From Callorhinchus milii (taxonomy: Eukaryota), in NCBI RefSeq assembly GCF_018977255.1, contig NW_024704743.1:73348001-73412000 (forward strand): 64,000 bases of DNA. The letters are read 5' to 3'. Every line of letters starts with the position of its first letter. The first letter of the stretch is position 1. The notes under the pieces were generated by a model, which was given only the letters and a program-made list of their open reading frames with translations, was not told where the DNA came from and ran no database searches. Position numbers and translations under genes: made by a program. Of the stretch, positions 34,743 through 47,645 are shown piece after piece.

Positions 34743-36349
34743 GCTATGAGCAACGACTAGACAAGCTGGGGATTTTTCGTCTTGAGAGAATACGACTCAG
34801 AGGGGCCTCAGTGAGGTGTACAACATTATAAATGAGATTGAAAAAGTAAACGCAGATCAATACTTCAAGATGTATCAAGTTAGTAGAACAAGAGGACATG
34901 GTTTAGAGTTGTAAAGGGCAATTCCAGGACAGATGACAGGAAGTTTTTCTTTGCATACAGCATAATGAATGACTGGAGCGGATTGCCACAAAATGTGGTA
35001 GAGCCAGGACACTAGACTCATTTAAAACACAGCTTGGTGCAGTGAAGTGGGGTCAGGAGCAGTAGGTTGGGTGTTCTGGAGGGATAAGATGAGATGGGCC
35101 AAAAGGCCTTCAGCAAACCAATCTTGTGATCTTGTGACAATAAAGATCCCATGGCACTATTTGAAAAGAGAAGTTTCTCTGAGTATCCTGGTCAACAATT
35201 CCCTAAATATAATTTGGTCATTCATGGCTGTTTGTAGGACTTTACTATGCGCAAATGGGCTACTCTGTTCACCTACAAATACATAGTCACTACACTTTAA
35301 AGTAAATCCTGTGAAGCAATTTGAGATATTTTGACAATGGGACAAGGTACTGTATCAAACGCAAGGAATATTATTACCATTATTATACAGACATCTTCAT
35401 CATTGAGTCATGGGTATTTTGTTTCCTTATTAAGTATAATTTGCTAAATTCTGCATCCTGTGAAATACTAAGTAAATAGTACAAGTATAGACCAGCTGAT
35501 GTTAAAATATACATTTAATGATGTTTTAAGACTTCAATATTTTCATCAGGTTCTGCTTGTGGGATTCACAACTATTTTTAAGGCTCTTAATTTTTAATTT
35601 ATATCTCACTGGTATGGTGTCAAAATGGGGTTGAAAAAGTGCTTGTAAGACAGCAGGAATAGTGCTCAAAATGTAACCTATATTTTCTGCAGGAAAATCC
35701 TTGTACCCCAGTGAGACTCGAGATCCACAGAGATCCCAAGCTAAGATGCTAATGTTTTCATGTGTATACAGTTTGCCCATTAGCAAGTAGTTGCTGCAGT
35801 CAAGACACTGACGGGTCAAATGTCCTCCTTTAGTGCTGTCAATTCTGTGCTTTTTCCATGACTCAGAAGATAGAAGGGTTTCTCAGAGATAGCTTATAGC
35901 ATTGACATCAAATAAACAGACAGCTTTTTAACATAGGAGGACATTCATCCGTTAGCGTTTGATCCACTATTACCATCTATAATGTCACTCTTTATATTAA
36001 ACCTACTTTCCAACTCTTGCCCCATAATCCGCCTAGTTTACAGTAATACAGGTCAGCCATGTGCCTTAATATCTGGGCTCCGGGTTCTCAAGCTCACCCT
36101 AACCAGACACTGAGCAGAGACCCCAGGGCAGTTACCTGTGGAAAGTCAGGCTTGCCAATACTGTGTCAAACTCACACTGGCAACTGGAAACAGCTGAAGC
36201 TGAAAACAGATTACACACCTACTGTCTCCTGGGGGTAACCTGTGCAACATGGAGATTTCAAGAAAAGGAGGAGTATATATTTTATAAGGAGAAATTACTG
36301 CTAAAACTGAAGACTTTAAAGGATTAAGTTTAACGTTTCTGTGTAGTGT

Positions 36350-36670
36350 AATGACCGAGTATTGTGTGTGAACGTGGCAGCCAATTTACACAAAGCAACG
36401 TCCAACAAACACCCAGAAAGTGAATATTTATTTTTTATCTGGAGTATTGTTGGTCAGAACATCGAAAGAAACGGCTTCTCTTTTTAAATTGTGCCATGGC
36501 ATCTTTACCATCCAGCTGAACAGGCAGACAGGTTTAATCCCTCATCCGAAAGACAGCACCTCCAACAATGCAATGTGCCCCTAGAACTGCACTGGAGTGT
36601 CAGCCTATCTATGAGCACAAAATCCCGACATTAAGTTTGAATTTTCTAATCCAGAGACAGAGCGCTTAAT
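36350..36670 (-). mobile_element. Deu-domain SINE
   Basis: GTGCCATGGCATCTTTACCATCC, CTCATCCGAAAGACAGCACCTCC, CACTGGAGTGTCAGCCT. Confidence 0.8.
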
Positions 36671-36717
36671 TGACAGGAATGCTAATTGGTCATTCATATC
36701 CACGATAAAATCTAAAA

Positions 36718-36965
36718 GTAATCATGTCATCAAGACCTCTCAAAATGTTTCACAGGATGTACTGTAAAATGGATTGCCTGTGAGTGAAACAGCCAGTTTG
36801 TGCACAGCAATGTCCCACAAACAGCCAAGGATCAAGTGATCAATTTTATTTGGGGGATTGTTGGCTGGGACACCAAGAGAAACTCCCTTCTCTTTCTGAA
36901 TAGTGCCATGGGATCTTTAACATACACCAAAACAGGCAGACCTGGGGTTAACATCTCATCTGAAC
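36718..36965 (-). mobile_element. Deu-domain SINE, 3' portion
   Basis: CAGCAATGTCCCACAAACAGCC, AATAGTGCCATGGGATCTTTAACAT. Confidence 0.8.
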
Positions 36966-37861
36966 AATGTATACGGTGAAGTTAGATGTCTCCTTCAGTG
37001 ACTGAGCTGAGGTTGGTACAATTGACAGCCAATGTTAGGACAAAGTATGAAAGTGGGTAAGGTTGAGACTCCGATCTGGCCTTATAAAGACTTGTGTTCT
37101 GGTTAGTTCTTTTGGTTGCTTTTTTACAACAATATCACAAACACCCAACAGGTGCAAAACTCAGCCAATTTCCATTTTTACTTATTTTTATTGCAGTTAA
37201 TTATCATGTTCTTGATGTGTGCAAAACTGGACAACACCCACAGACCGAAATTGCTCATTACTCAATACCACATAATGTACCATATATAATCCCAGTCATT
37301 TTATTCTTGCATTTTCATTTGAGAACATTCAGAGAAATAAATGTAATTTATTCTGAAACTCAGGTACAGAGATTGTTAAGGAGGTGTTTGATATGATCTG
37401 GTGTGTTTCTGAAGTTGGACCGGAGTACTTTTTTTTAACCGCTTGTTAGGATCTGAAGCATATGAAAGAGCTGCTCTCATATCGACTCAACATTGGTCAT
37501 ATAAATTTTTGTCACTGAAAGATAAACGCTTTGGAGCTTGTAATTTAGAATTATTCAAAACAATAAAAACACAAGGTACATTTATATAGTTACCTTCATG
37601 TAGGATAACATCTCAGAGTGCAAAGTAAATTGCACGTTGGGATCCCCCCTGGAAAACATTGCCATAGTATTATATCTTTGCATTTGGTTCCATGTCAAAG
37701 TGCTACACAAGAATTACTGCAAAGTACTGTAAACTGGGTATTGTGACTGTGGTGTAATTACAATGGTGCAAGTGGTGCAGTCACGTCAGAGCCCACAAGG
37801 TTATTGGGGCCCATCTGATTGGTGGCTGTATTTCCGAAGTGAGTCAAATATATATTTTTGG

Positions 37862-38050
37862 AGGGGAAGCCAATTCAATAACACTTTTAAGAGAGAAGTA
37901 GATAATTATTTGGGGAGGACAAGTTTGCAGTGCTATGGGGAGAAAGCGGGGCATTTGGATTGAATTGGATAGCTCTTTTGGAAGAGCCGGCACAGACACG
38001 ATGGGCCAAATGGCCTCCTTCTGTGCTGTATAATTCTATGATTCTATGAT
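37862..38050 (+). mobile_element. CR1 3' end (same subfamily as 470-1402)
   Basis: GAAGCCAATTCAATAAC...GGCCTCCTTCTGTGCTGTATAATTCTATGATTCTATGAT. Confidence 0.9.
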
Positions 38051-39519
38051 CACAGACACCGGAACACCAACAAAAGAACCGGCAGCCATTTTGTCTCCAT
38101 GTCTCTCTGATATTAAGTTGTTTTTGTCTTGTGTAATTTGATGAGTGTGAAAATTGATTTTACTTGTATTGCTCTTTGACGAGCTGTAATAGCTGTGACA
38201 ATTATAGAATTTTCCATTAGTTTGAATGATAGGCTCTGACAGAAAAGCAATATCTCCGTCATAACCATCCTAGTTGGCTTTATATATGCAACTCTGTCTG
38301 GAGAAGTGGCATGCTGAATCTTATTGAAAATTGGCTGCCTGTATTGCAAGAGATGAGGTAGTTTGGCAGCTGACTCCAATTTGGGCTTAAAAATGCCGTA
38401 CTGAAGCTTTTTGACATCATCTGAGGTCCAGTTTGCGACTGTGTTTCCTTTAATTCTTTGGAATTATAAAAGTGATTCAGGAAGGGTGATATGATTCACC
38501 TTAACCATTAATATTCCTTTGCTTTTTTATGATCCAGCACATTTAAATTGATGTTATTTTAGTTTTTTTATTACTTCGTTAATAAAATCAGACACCATAT
38601 TACACACTGCTGTATATTAATTGTTTATTTTAAAGTTTGCTGGAAATCCAAATCAAAGCCTTAGGGTAATAAAATATTAATCACCAAAGTATTAATCATC
38701 ATTCATATCACTGGAGATAAAGGTTGCTATCAGTGTATACCTATGAAATGTAATGCTAAAGCTTACATACTTGCTAGTTGCCTTGTGGATAATGCAAGGT
38801 GAAGTGATATAATGTTTCAACAAATTTATTGAGAATGGAGACAGAGAACCAGTGTAAATTTTCAGACATTAATGCAGTCCTGCCATACCTCATATTCTCA
38901 GACTCATCTACATTTTGTGTGTGGGCAGGTTGACACGGAAGTGTCAGGAATGCTGCACTTACATTTTTCAATTTGCCCTTAACCTTCAAAGGCATAGGAC
39001 TGTATTGTCTTAGTGTCAGTGTGGGCTTATGGCAGAAAGCTTGTCATTAAAGCAAAATACTTTCTTCACGTGTTAAGGTCACGTACATAATTGCTTTAGG
39101 CTATGATCTGAGCAAAGTGTGTACTATTGCATCCAAAACCAGTGATAAGATGCAGTAGAGTTTAAGAGTTCAAAGTGTAATTGCCTTATTAAGATTCAAT
39201 TTACACAGTTTGCAGAAGGAATACATTCTGGTGTTATTTTGAAGTGTAGCATTGTGGATAGTTTCACAATCGGACATTTCAGATTTTACAACTAAGAGAG
39301 GTTTTTTTTTCACTCTGTACTCTCCTTGCATTGGGGAAAAAAATAATTTGTGCCTGTTAGCAAATTTGCTCTTGTGCAGTTATAAATAAATGTAAGTCTT
39401 AAAAGTATGATCTAAAATTTATATTCTTGTGGTATTTATTATTTAAAATTGTATTGCACTTATTTATGATTGAACATTGGCTAAACCTACTGGAGCAGAA
39501 TAACAGTAAAACCTACAAT

Positions 39520-39850
39520 ATTAGAAGTAAGAGAGAGGTTAGATTTGTTTTACCCAGAAAATTGTTGGAATACGAAAATCGTTAGCACAAATGGCTGTTT
39601 TAGTCATGTCCATGGCAATGTTTAAAAAGGAATTTGATAAGTACAATATAATTTACATTTGTACCATGCTGTTCACGTTGGGAGAATGTCTCCAAGCAAA
39701 TAAATGTTAGAGGAGAGCGATATTAAAAGGCATCATGAAGAACTGTGTAATGGAATGAGACTCTATATTGTAGTTCCAATGTAGAAGATAGAATCAGCAC
39801 AGACTGTAAGAAGCAAATGGCCTCTTTCTGTGCCGTAAAACATTCTACTA
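39520..39850 (+). mobile_element. Old CR1 3' end with an embedded L2 tail piece
   Basis: TTTTACCCAGAAAATTGTTGG, TTTAAAAAGGAATTTGATAAGTA, AATGGCCTCTTTCTGTGCCGTAAAACATTCTA. Confidence 0.6.
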
Positions 39851-40225
39851 TTCAACACCTTGAAGCTAGTACCAGAGAAGAACTGTTAGAGCCAGAAATC
39901 CCCTATCCATACTTAGCCAGGGGTTAGTGTACAGTCCAGGGAGACCATGCACTAGACTAAACAAAAACAGCAACTTGCATTTATATAGCACTCTTTATGC
40001 TGGATAGTGTCTCGGAGTACTGCACAGAATAGCAGAGTTGATTGCTGAGCAAGGGAGAGGGGGAGGAGACCATAGACAGGGTCACAGAACTAGGTCTTAA
40101 TGTGGGATTTAAAGATAGATAATGGAGTGGTGGGGGAGGCAGAGGTATTGAGCCAGACAGTTTCAGAGATTAAACATGTAATTTTAGAAAATTAAATTTA
40201 CAAAAAGGGTTTGATTTAAACATAC

Positions 40226-40573
40226 AATAATCCTATATAATCGTGATATAGCGCCTTATCATCGAGACGTCTCAAAATACTTTACAGAATATACTGTAAA
40301 GTGAATTGACTATATTTTGTGGGTGAAACGTGGCAGCCAATTGTGCACAGCAGTGTCCCACAAACAGTTGTGGATTAAGTGACCCAATTTTTTTTAAGGG
40401 ATCATTACCCCTGGAAAAGCGATCTGGCAATTGACTAACAACCAGGTTCCTACTTACTGCTAGGTGAACAGTGGCGTGTGGAGTAAGGAAACTTGCCCAA
40501 CCTTTCCTCCTGCCCGGGAATCGAACCCAAGTCCTCTCGCTTGGGAGGCGATTGCTCTAACCAATGAGCTATA
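40226..40573 (-). mobile_element. SINE family 2, long variant
   Basis: GGAATCGAACCC B-box and CTCTAACCAATGAGCTA A-box on the reverse strand; body and tail present. Confidence 0.9.
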
Positions 40574-40694
40574 CAAAAGGATAATTTGCACTGTTACTGA
40601 ATACTCTAAGAACTATTCTTGTTTTAATTATAATAAAGATTTTTTTTGGTCAGGCATGTGTGGACGTGTGGGCACCATGCTTAAGAATATAATA

Positions 40695-40940
40695 AATAAT
40701 ATAATAATCCTTGCATTTGATACAGCACCTTATCACGTTGTTGAGACATCACAAAGCGCTTCACAGGATACATTGTGAAGTGGATTGATTTTGTATTTCA
40801 TCAGTGAAGTACGGCAACCAGTTGCACACAGTAATGCCCACAAAAAGCCCTGGAGTAAGTGACCAATTTTATTTGGGACCAGAACACCAGGAGAAACTCC
40901 CTTGTTTTTCAAATAGTGACATGGAACCTTTAACATCCAC
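40695..40940 (-). mobile_element. Deu-domain SINE, 3' portion
   Basis: AATAATCCTTGCATTTGAT tail; AAATAGTGACATGGAACCTTTAACATCCACC core. Confidence 0.8.
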
Positions 40941-41090
40941 CCTCACACCTACACACACCCTCACACCTACACACACCCTCACACCTACACACACCCTCAT
41001 TCCCTCACACCTACACACACCCTCACACCTACACACACCCTCACCCTCACACCTACACACAAACTCTCACACCTACACACACCCCCACAC
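40938..41090. repeat. 18-bp minisatellite (CCTCACACCTACACACAC)n
   Basis: About 7-8 tandem units, some degenerate. Confidence 0.92.
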
Positions 41091-41640
41091 CATTTGCCTC
41101 TTACAGTCTGTGCTGATCGTATCGGACGATACAACACCCCACTACCATCCTCCACCCACCACCATCCCAGGAATGCATTGGTGTGTCAGCTGCTCGGTAT
41201 TGAGTAATTGTTTTGTACCTTAGAAAGTTCATAGACCATTTTGCTTACATAAAGCTAGAGTTATAGCTTGAAGCGTTGGGATTTGAGAACATTCTTACTA
41301 ATAAGAACAATGTTTATAATTCTAGCATTGATTTTCATGTGTTCCACTGCGAGACAAAAATCAATAGTTTTATCAAATATACTTTATATTTCCATAAACT
41401 ATCAATTCTAGGCATCTTTTTCTCTAGTTCTCTTGAAGTCAAACCTTTGACTGTCTAGCATCTTGGCATGTCCTATATAAATGCAATTTGTTGTTGTTTG
41501 AAAAATTTGAAAAATTGTGCCACAGTTAAATTAAAGAATGGCTTTCCGCTAAATAAATTAAGGATTTTTTTAACTTTATATTTGGTGGGTAAAATTCAAA
41601 TCCAATTGTTTGTTGCTCTAATAATCAATAGTCAAACCCA

Positions 41641-43008
41641 ATAATCCGGGACAGAATAAATCCGGGACAGAATAAATCTCTACTTAGAGGAACATGAGGT
41701 AATTAGAGACAGTCAACATGGCAAATAAAGGCAAATCTTGTCTAATAAATCTAATAGAATTTTTTGAAGAGGTGACTGCGAGGGTTGATGAGGGAAATGC
41801 AGTGGACATTATTTACATGGATTTCAAAAAGGCTTTTGACACAGTACCGCATAAGAGATTAATAAAAAAATTAGAGGCTCATGGTATTAAGGGGACAGTG
41901 ACAGTTTGGATTAAGAATTGGCTGAGTGACAGAAAGCAGAAGGTGGTGGTTAATGGGTGTTTCTCGAAATGGAAGGAGGTGTGCAGCGATGTCCCCCAGG
42001 GATCGGTATTGGGACTACTGCTCTTTCTAATATATATTAATGATCTGGACTTGGGCACAGAGAGCACTGTTTCCAAGTTTGCAGATGATACAAAGTTAGG
42101 TGGGGTAGTAAATAGTGAGGAGGACTGTAACCAACTGCAAGCAGACATACACAGACTGGTGGAATGGGCTGACATGTGGCAGATGGATTTCAATGTGGAT
42201 AAGTGTGAGGTAATACACTTAGGTGGGAAAAATGATACGAGGCAATATAGACTTGGTAGCTCAATCTTAAGGGGGGGTGAACGTACAGAGAGATCTGTGT
42301 GTTCAAGTAAGCGAATCATTAAAGGTAGTGGGGCAGGTAGATAAGGCAGTAAAAAAGGCATTTGGTGTACTGAGCTTTATTAGTAGGGGCATAGAGTATA
42401 AGAGTAGGGACGCTATTGTTAATCTATACAAACCACTGGTTAGGCGTCAGCTGGAGTTCTGCGTCCAGTTCTGGGCACCTTACTTCAGGAAGGACATTAA
42501 GGCACTGGAAAGAGTGCAGAGGAGATTCACGAGAATGATACCAGGAATGGGGAACCTTAGCTATGAGGACAGGCTGGAGAAGTTAGGACTTTTCCCATTA
42601 GAGCAGAGAAGGTTACGCGGGGACCTGATAGAGGTCTTCAAGATCATGAAAGGTTTTGACAGACTAGATAAGGAAAAGCTGTTTACGCTGGTAGGTGTGT
42701 CTGTGACCCGTGGTCACAATCTTAAGATATCTACCAAAAGAAGCAGAGGAGAGGTTAGAAGAAATTTTTCCACTCAGCGAGTTGTTTGAATTTGGAATGA
42801 TCTGCCTGAAAGGGTAGTAAAGTCCGATTTGATAACAGCTTTTAAGAGAGAACTGGATAGGTATCTGGGGAAGACGGGTTTGCAGCGTTATGGGGAGAAT
42901 GCTGGTGATTGGGGTTAGTGAAAGTGACTTGCTCTGTCAAAGAGCCGGCACAGACTCGATGGGCCGAATGGCCTCCTTCTGTGCCGTAACATTCTATGAA
43001 TCTATGAA
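41641..43008 (+). mobile_element. CR1 LINE, 5'-truncated (RT + 3'UTR)
   Basis: [57 protein letters not shown] tail; very similar to 13178-14520. Confidence 0.96.
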
Positions 43009-43127
43009 TATCAGCCACAGTATTCTTGTCCTCAAATGGGTTCGTCCACAAAATGCACAATCACAACAGTGTACAGTAAATCCTGTGAAATACATTGAGG
43101 TATCTTTCTTATATGAAAGGTGCTATT

Positions 43128-43262
43128 CGCCCACAAATATACAGTCAATTCACTTTACAGTATATCCTGTGAAGTGCTTTGAGACATCTAGAAGATGTGA
43201 AAAGCGCTATTTCAAATGCAAGGATTATTATTATTGTAGAAAATGTAAAGATTATTATTATT
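43128..43262 (+). mobile_element. SINE family 2 tail fragment
   Basis: CGCCCACAAATATACAGTCAATTC...AAGGATTATTATT with a duplicated tail. Confidence 0.8.
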
Positions 43263-43300
43263 TTTCACTAATCTGTTGGTGAAACTCAACGATTCTAACA

Positions 43301-43535
43301 CCATCTCAGGAGAAATTTCACTTGAGTCTATACTTATTCTATTTTCTTAGCATTTTGTTATATACAGAATTTGGGAAATTATTGAATTCCGCCTTGACTT
43401 TGAAACAAGTTTTCCGCATTTCTTAAAAGGAATCTGTAGAACTGCGGCTGCAAAATTAAGCCTGAATTTAATAATTCGTCAGTTTTTGCGTGCTCTGAAA
43501 TGTTAAGAAAATAGAGTAAATCTCGCTCCAGATGG
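43301..43535. repeat. Long imperfect palindrome (MITE-like relic)
   Basis: TTATTCTATTTTCTTAGCATTT pairs with AAATGTTAAGAAAATAGAGTAA; AATTATTGAATTC pairs with GAATTTAATAATT; centre near 43426. Confidence 0.8.
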
Positions 43536-44711
43536 ACTATTTAGTTTCAATCAGCGATGATCTTACAGGCTTCATTTATCTGTTTGTTTTTATTATTGAA
43601 TCAATAATACTAAAACTTTCAATGTTCCCAACTTTTTACAAATCACAGTTGATCTGTTGGATTTCTATAAATTCATTTTTGGTACCACATTAATGTGGCC
43701 CAGACTGTGATAGATGACCTGATTATAATTTGCACAGGCAGCAGCTTTTCATTATGATTTATAGCTTGTTTGTGAGACAAATGTAAATTTATTTTCTTTT
43801 TCACAAAAGAAGGAAAAATATTTTGATGCCTTTACTTTCACATTTGTAAGGCACGAATGAGCCGGGGCAAATGTGCAAATCGATCGCTTTTAGGTATCTG
43901 ACTGTAAATGTTCAGCGGTTGTTTTAAAAGAGGAATATTAAAGGGTACAGCTTTGTTCCAATGATAGCTGCCTGTAAGTGAAAGGCTTTCCTGATGTTTG
44001 ATTTAGCATTGATTTTTTTTTACTTCAGAACAAAGCAGGTTTCAGAAATGTCATGCAGCTCACTCCAGCATTTTGAGATCAAACCAGATAGACGTCACAA
44101 CCACAAACCTTGAACAGACACATTGTTTTGGCCTCTGAGACCATTTGTTGTAATATTAAAGATTGTGTAGAATCGTGGAAAATTCTTGAATTCAGTCTTA
44201 ATTGGAAAGCTGATCAAAAAAAACCTTTTTTAAAAATGGTGTTAAAAAACCTTAAAATTGCAATATTTCATAGCTGGCTGTATTAAAAAAAATGTGGAAA
44301 AGAAAGTAAAAATTCGAAGCTGTACACAGCTTCACAAAAAATCAGAATAAATGCCAACATAATAACAGTCCTTGTATTTAATGTGCAAGGATTTGGTCAC
44401 TCAATCCATGACTGTTTGTGGGATACTGCTGAGCCCAATTGGCTGCCACATTTCACCTACAAAATATGCAGTCAATTCACTTTACAATATATTCTGTGAA
44501 GCGCTTTGAGATGTCTCGAAGACATGATAAGATGCTATATCAAATACAAAGATTATATTTATAATGTAGCACCTTTCAAGTTGGCAATGCTTCCCAAGAT
44601 TTACTGTAAAGTGCAGTGATTGTGCATTGTGCAGATGAATGAGGCAGCCAATTTGCACACTACAGTGTTCCATAAACAGCCATGAAGTGAAATAGTGCAA
44701 CATTTGCACAA

Positions 44712-45425
44712 TTGGGTGAGGTTAGCTCGCTCCCCTCGCAAATGAGAGGACCTGGGTTTAATTCTCAAAAGGGAGAAACATTAGGCAAGTTTCCTCACTT
44801 CATGTACCTCTGTTTACCTAATGGTAAGTAGGAATCCAGATGTAAACCGAATGGTGGATCGCTTTCCAGGGGTAATAATTCCTTTCCCCCAAAACTTGGT
44901 CACTCAATCCACAATGTTTGTGGGACACTGCTGTGCGCAATTGGCTGTCGCATTTCACCCACAATTACACAGTCAATCCACTTTACAATATATTCTGTGA
45001 AGCACTTTGAGATGTCTCAACGATGTGATAAGGTTCTAAATCAGTAATAATAATAATAATAATATAATAAGCCTTGCATTTTGATATAGCGCTTTTCACG
45101 TCTTCTCGACGACTCAAAGCGCTTCACAGAATAGACTGTAAAGTGAATTGACCGTATATTTGTGGGCAAACCACGGCAGCCAATTGCGCACAGCAGTGTT
45201 CCACAAACAGTCGTGGATTGAAAATGACCAATTTATTATTGTTTTGTTTTTGGAGGAATTATTATTAGGCGTGTGGAGTAAGGAAACTTGCCCAAGATTT
45301 CACCCTGCCTGGAATTGAACCCAGGTGTTTCGCTTGTAAGGCAAGTGCTCTCACCACTGAGCTACAGGACTCGACAAATGCAATCAAATGCAAGGATTAT
45401 TATTATTATTATTATTATTATTATA
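44712..45425 (+). mobile_element. SINE family 2, long variant, tail interrupted at 45044-45380
   Basis: Head/body 44712-45043; tail resumes ATCAAATGCAAGGATTATT at ~45383. Confidence 0.85.
45045..45375 (-). mobile_element. SINE family 2, short variant, full length
   Basis: (AAT)n tail; head CCACTGAGCTACAGGACTCGAC; GGAATTGAACCC B-box. Confidence 0.92.
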
Positions 45426-47169
45426 ACATACAATTGAAAACATACTGGGATGAAAGTAGCTTCTCAGTTTAAAATAATAAATAGAATAGTTTCATCGATG
45501 TATGCAAGTACATTTCAGAGCAGAATTCAAATTATAAAAACAATATTGTCACTTAAAACATTTTTGCAAACTTTATTTTTGCTATTTGTACAAACGTGCT
45601 AAACTGTATTGAAATGTGACTTGAAATCATAGAACTTTCCAGCACAGGAGTAGACGCATCATGAATATGGGAGCTGCTTTTCTAGATTGTGTCAGTCCAC
45701 AAAAAAAGTTTGACAAATACTTACTTCTGCATGAAGACATCGTCCTTTTAACCAACATTTAGAACTTATAGAACTATATAGGACTCAAATTCTGAAGAAT
45801 GCATCTTATCCCAGATGTCTCCCAAAATACTGAGGAACACGAGCAGTGCACTAATTGGGAAGTCCATTTGTGTTGAACGCAAACAAAACGATCACTGGTC
45901 ACTGATTATAAAAAGCTAATTTGCACACACATATATGAGATACTGGTTATCGGAAGATTGCTGTATCCCACGTTTACACACTCGAGAGTAGATTGATCAC
46001 CGGTGGGTATACTTTGCTGTTGTACGTTGACACAAGTTTATAGAAGATAAATTGAAGCAGAGCCACTGGGAGTCATCAAAAGACATTAACTCAGCAGGGA
46101 CTGGACATTTATTGATGCCACAATCCATTCAAACAATGAAAAATGTCGGCAAAATGTTTCACAGACAAGTGCTCACTATGGGGAATAATCATGAGCTTAG
46201 GTATTTCCTTTGACCAGAGCACAGGCTGATTTTTCATGCACCAGCACACATTCACTTCCGAGTTGGCGGTGTGAACACAGTTATGTGGACAAACTGTTCT
46301 TGTTGTTTTGCACATTTGGAAAGATGGACCTGAGATTTACCGTCTTGTTTAATTTGTTCTCCATTTGCAAATAGCAGTTTGATTAGATATGGAATAAGCA
46401 GTCCCTGGGAGTGTTTACAAGATAGTCATTGACCAAGGAGTTCATGTAGTGTCATAAACCACAGGATTATTATTATTAAAAGAGCAAAGTTGCAGGCTGA
46501 TGCTGTATTTGTAAATACAGTATCACAGCAATTTTTGCACAGCAATATCCTATCTGTTTGCCAATTTGAACTATTCTAAGGAATGAGGCATGTTTTTTAC
46601 TGTGTGCAACCAATGTTAATTCTAGCTGTGATCCTGGTGTTCCCTAGCTCGGTGAGTTCTGTGCTGTTAATGCACAATGCCATTTACACAATGAGATTAT
46701 CGGTTGTGGCAATATTACTGAAAGAGTAATTAGATTCAGTCTGGTCTTAATCACAACATCACAAGAAAGGTATGAATTGGGTTCAGTTTACATTTAGCAT
46801 TTGATTTTCTTCATATATGCAACATGTCTTTACAGGACTCTTGAGACATGGATATGGACAGGAAACTGATGAAGGATTGTTGAATTTTGCTAAGAAAATG
46901 TAGTTTCAAAGAATCCTAGTTTTATTTAAAATGTTATTGATATTTTGGAAGACCAAGGTCAGAAAGAACTTGATAATTGTCAGTATTTCTTGGTCTTCTA
47001 TCACTATTCTGTTCTTCACAGCAAAAATGACATCTATCAACAATTGTCCAGTGTAACAATTAGGGCATAAATATAAGTTAGCCACTGAAAGATCTAAAGG
47101 AGGAGCACGATGAGAATGTGCAACTCATTGGTAGAAGCTGTGGTTGAAGCAGAAATCAACAATGCATTT

Positions 47170-47645
47170 AAGCCCTCCACTGTCTTCCTCCTCCCTACCT
47201 CTGCAACCTATTAAAATTTCACCAACCTGTCCGCTCCCTCCACTCTGCAGGCACTGGCCTGGTCCACATTCCCCATCCTACCTGTTCCACTGTCCGGGTT
47301 GGGCCTTCAGGGTTTCTGACCCCACCCTCTAGAACTCCATCCCGGAGCCACTCCGCCTCGCTCCCTCCCTTGCCTCCTTCAAGACCTGTCTCAAGATCTT
47401 CCTATTCAACTGCCTTCGGTCATCTTCCCTCCTTCAGCCCCCTTGCCTTCACCCCCTCTTTGATCTCAACCTGCAGCTCGGTTGCAAACAACAGCACAAT
47501 AACAACAACAACTGTCACTTATATAGCGCCCTCCACACAGGGTAGCATCTCAGAGCGCTTAACAGTGGCGAAGCCTGACCCCTCATTGTCCAGCACTTTG
47601 GGATGAACTCCATGAAGGGCACTATATCAATGCAAGTTGTTGTTT
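47170..47645 (+). mobile_element. L2 3' fragment with an inserted antisense L2-type tail (47490-47575)
   Basis: GGGCCTTCAGG..AGAACTCCATCCC; CAGCACTTTGGGATG...GTTGTTGTT tail. Confidence 0.75.

Larger units (their letters stand above)
33738..35136 (+). mobile_element. Old CR1 3' fragment split into 33738-33858 and 34743-35136
   Basis: GGTTAGACCACACATTGAA, GGAGAGCAACAAGGATG and GGAATGAGCTATGA before the break; GAGCAACGACTAGACAAGCTGGG, AGAACAAGAGGACAT and TCTTGTGATCTTGTG tail after it. Confidence 0.85.
33567..35386 (+). mobile_element. Deu-domain SINE split into 33567-33737 and 35137-35386
   Basis: ...TTCAAGTGG | ACAATAAAGATCCCATGGCAC rejoins the consensus CAGGTGGACATTAAAGATCCCATGGCAC seen in other copies. 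Confidence 0.85.

Noticed and set aside
38890..38985. Minus-strand exon candidate (VKGKLKNVSAAFLTLPC...)
   Set aside because: Weak acceptor, no recognised homology, and phase incompatible with the 17839-18015 candidate.
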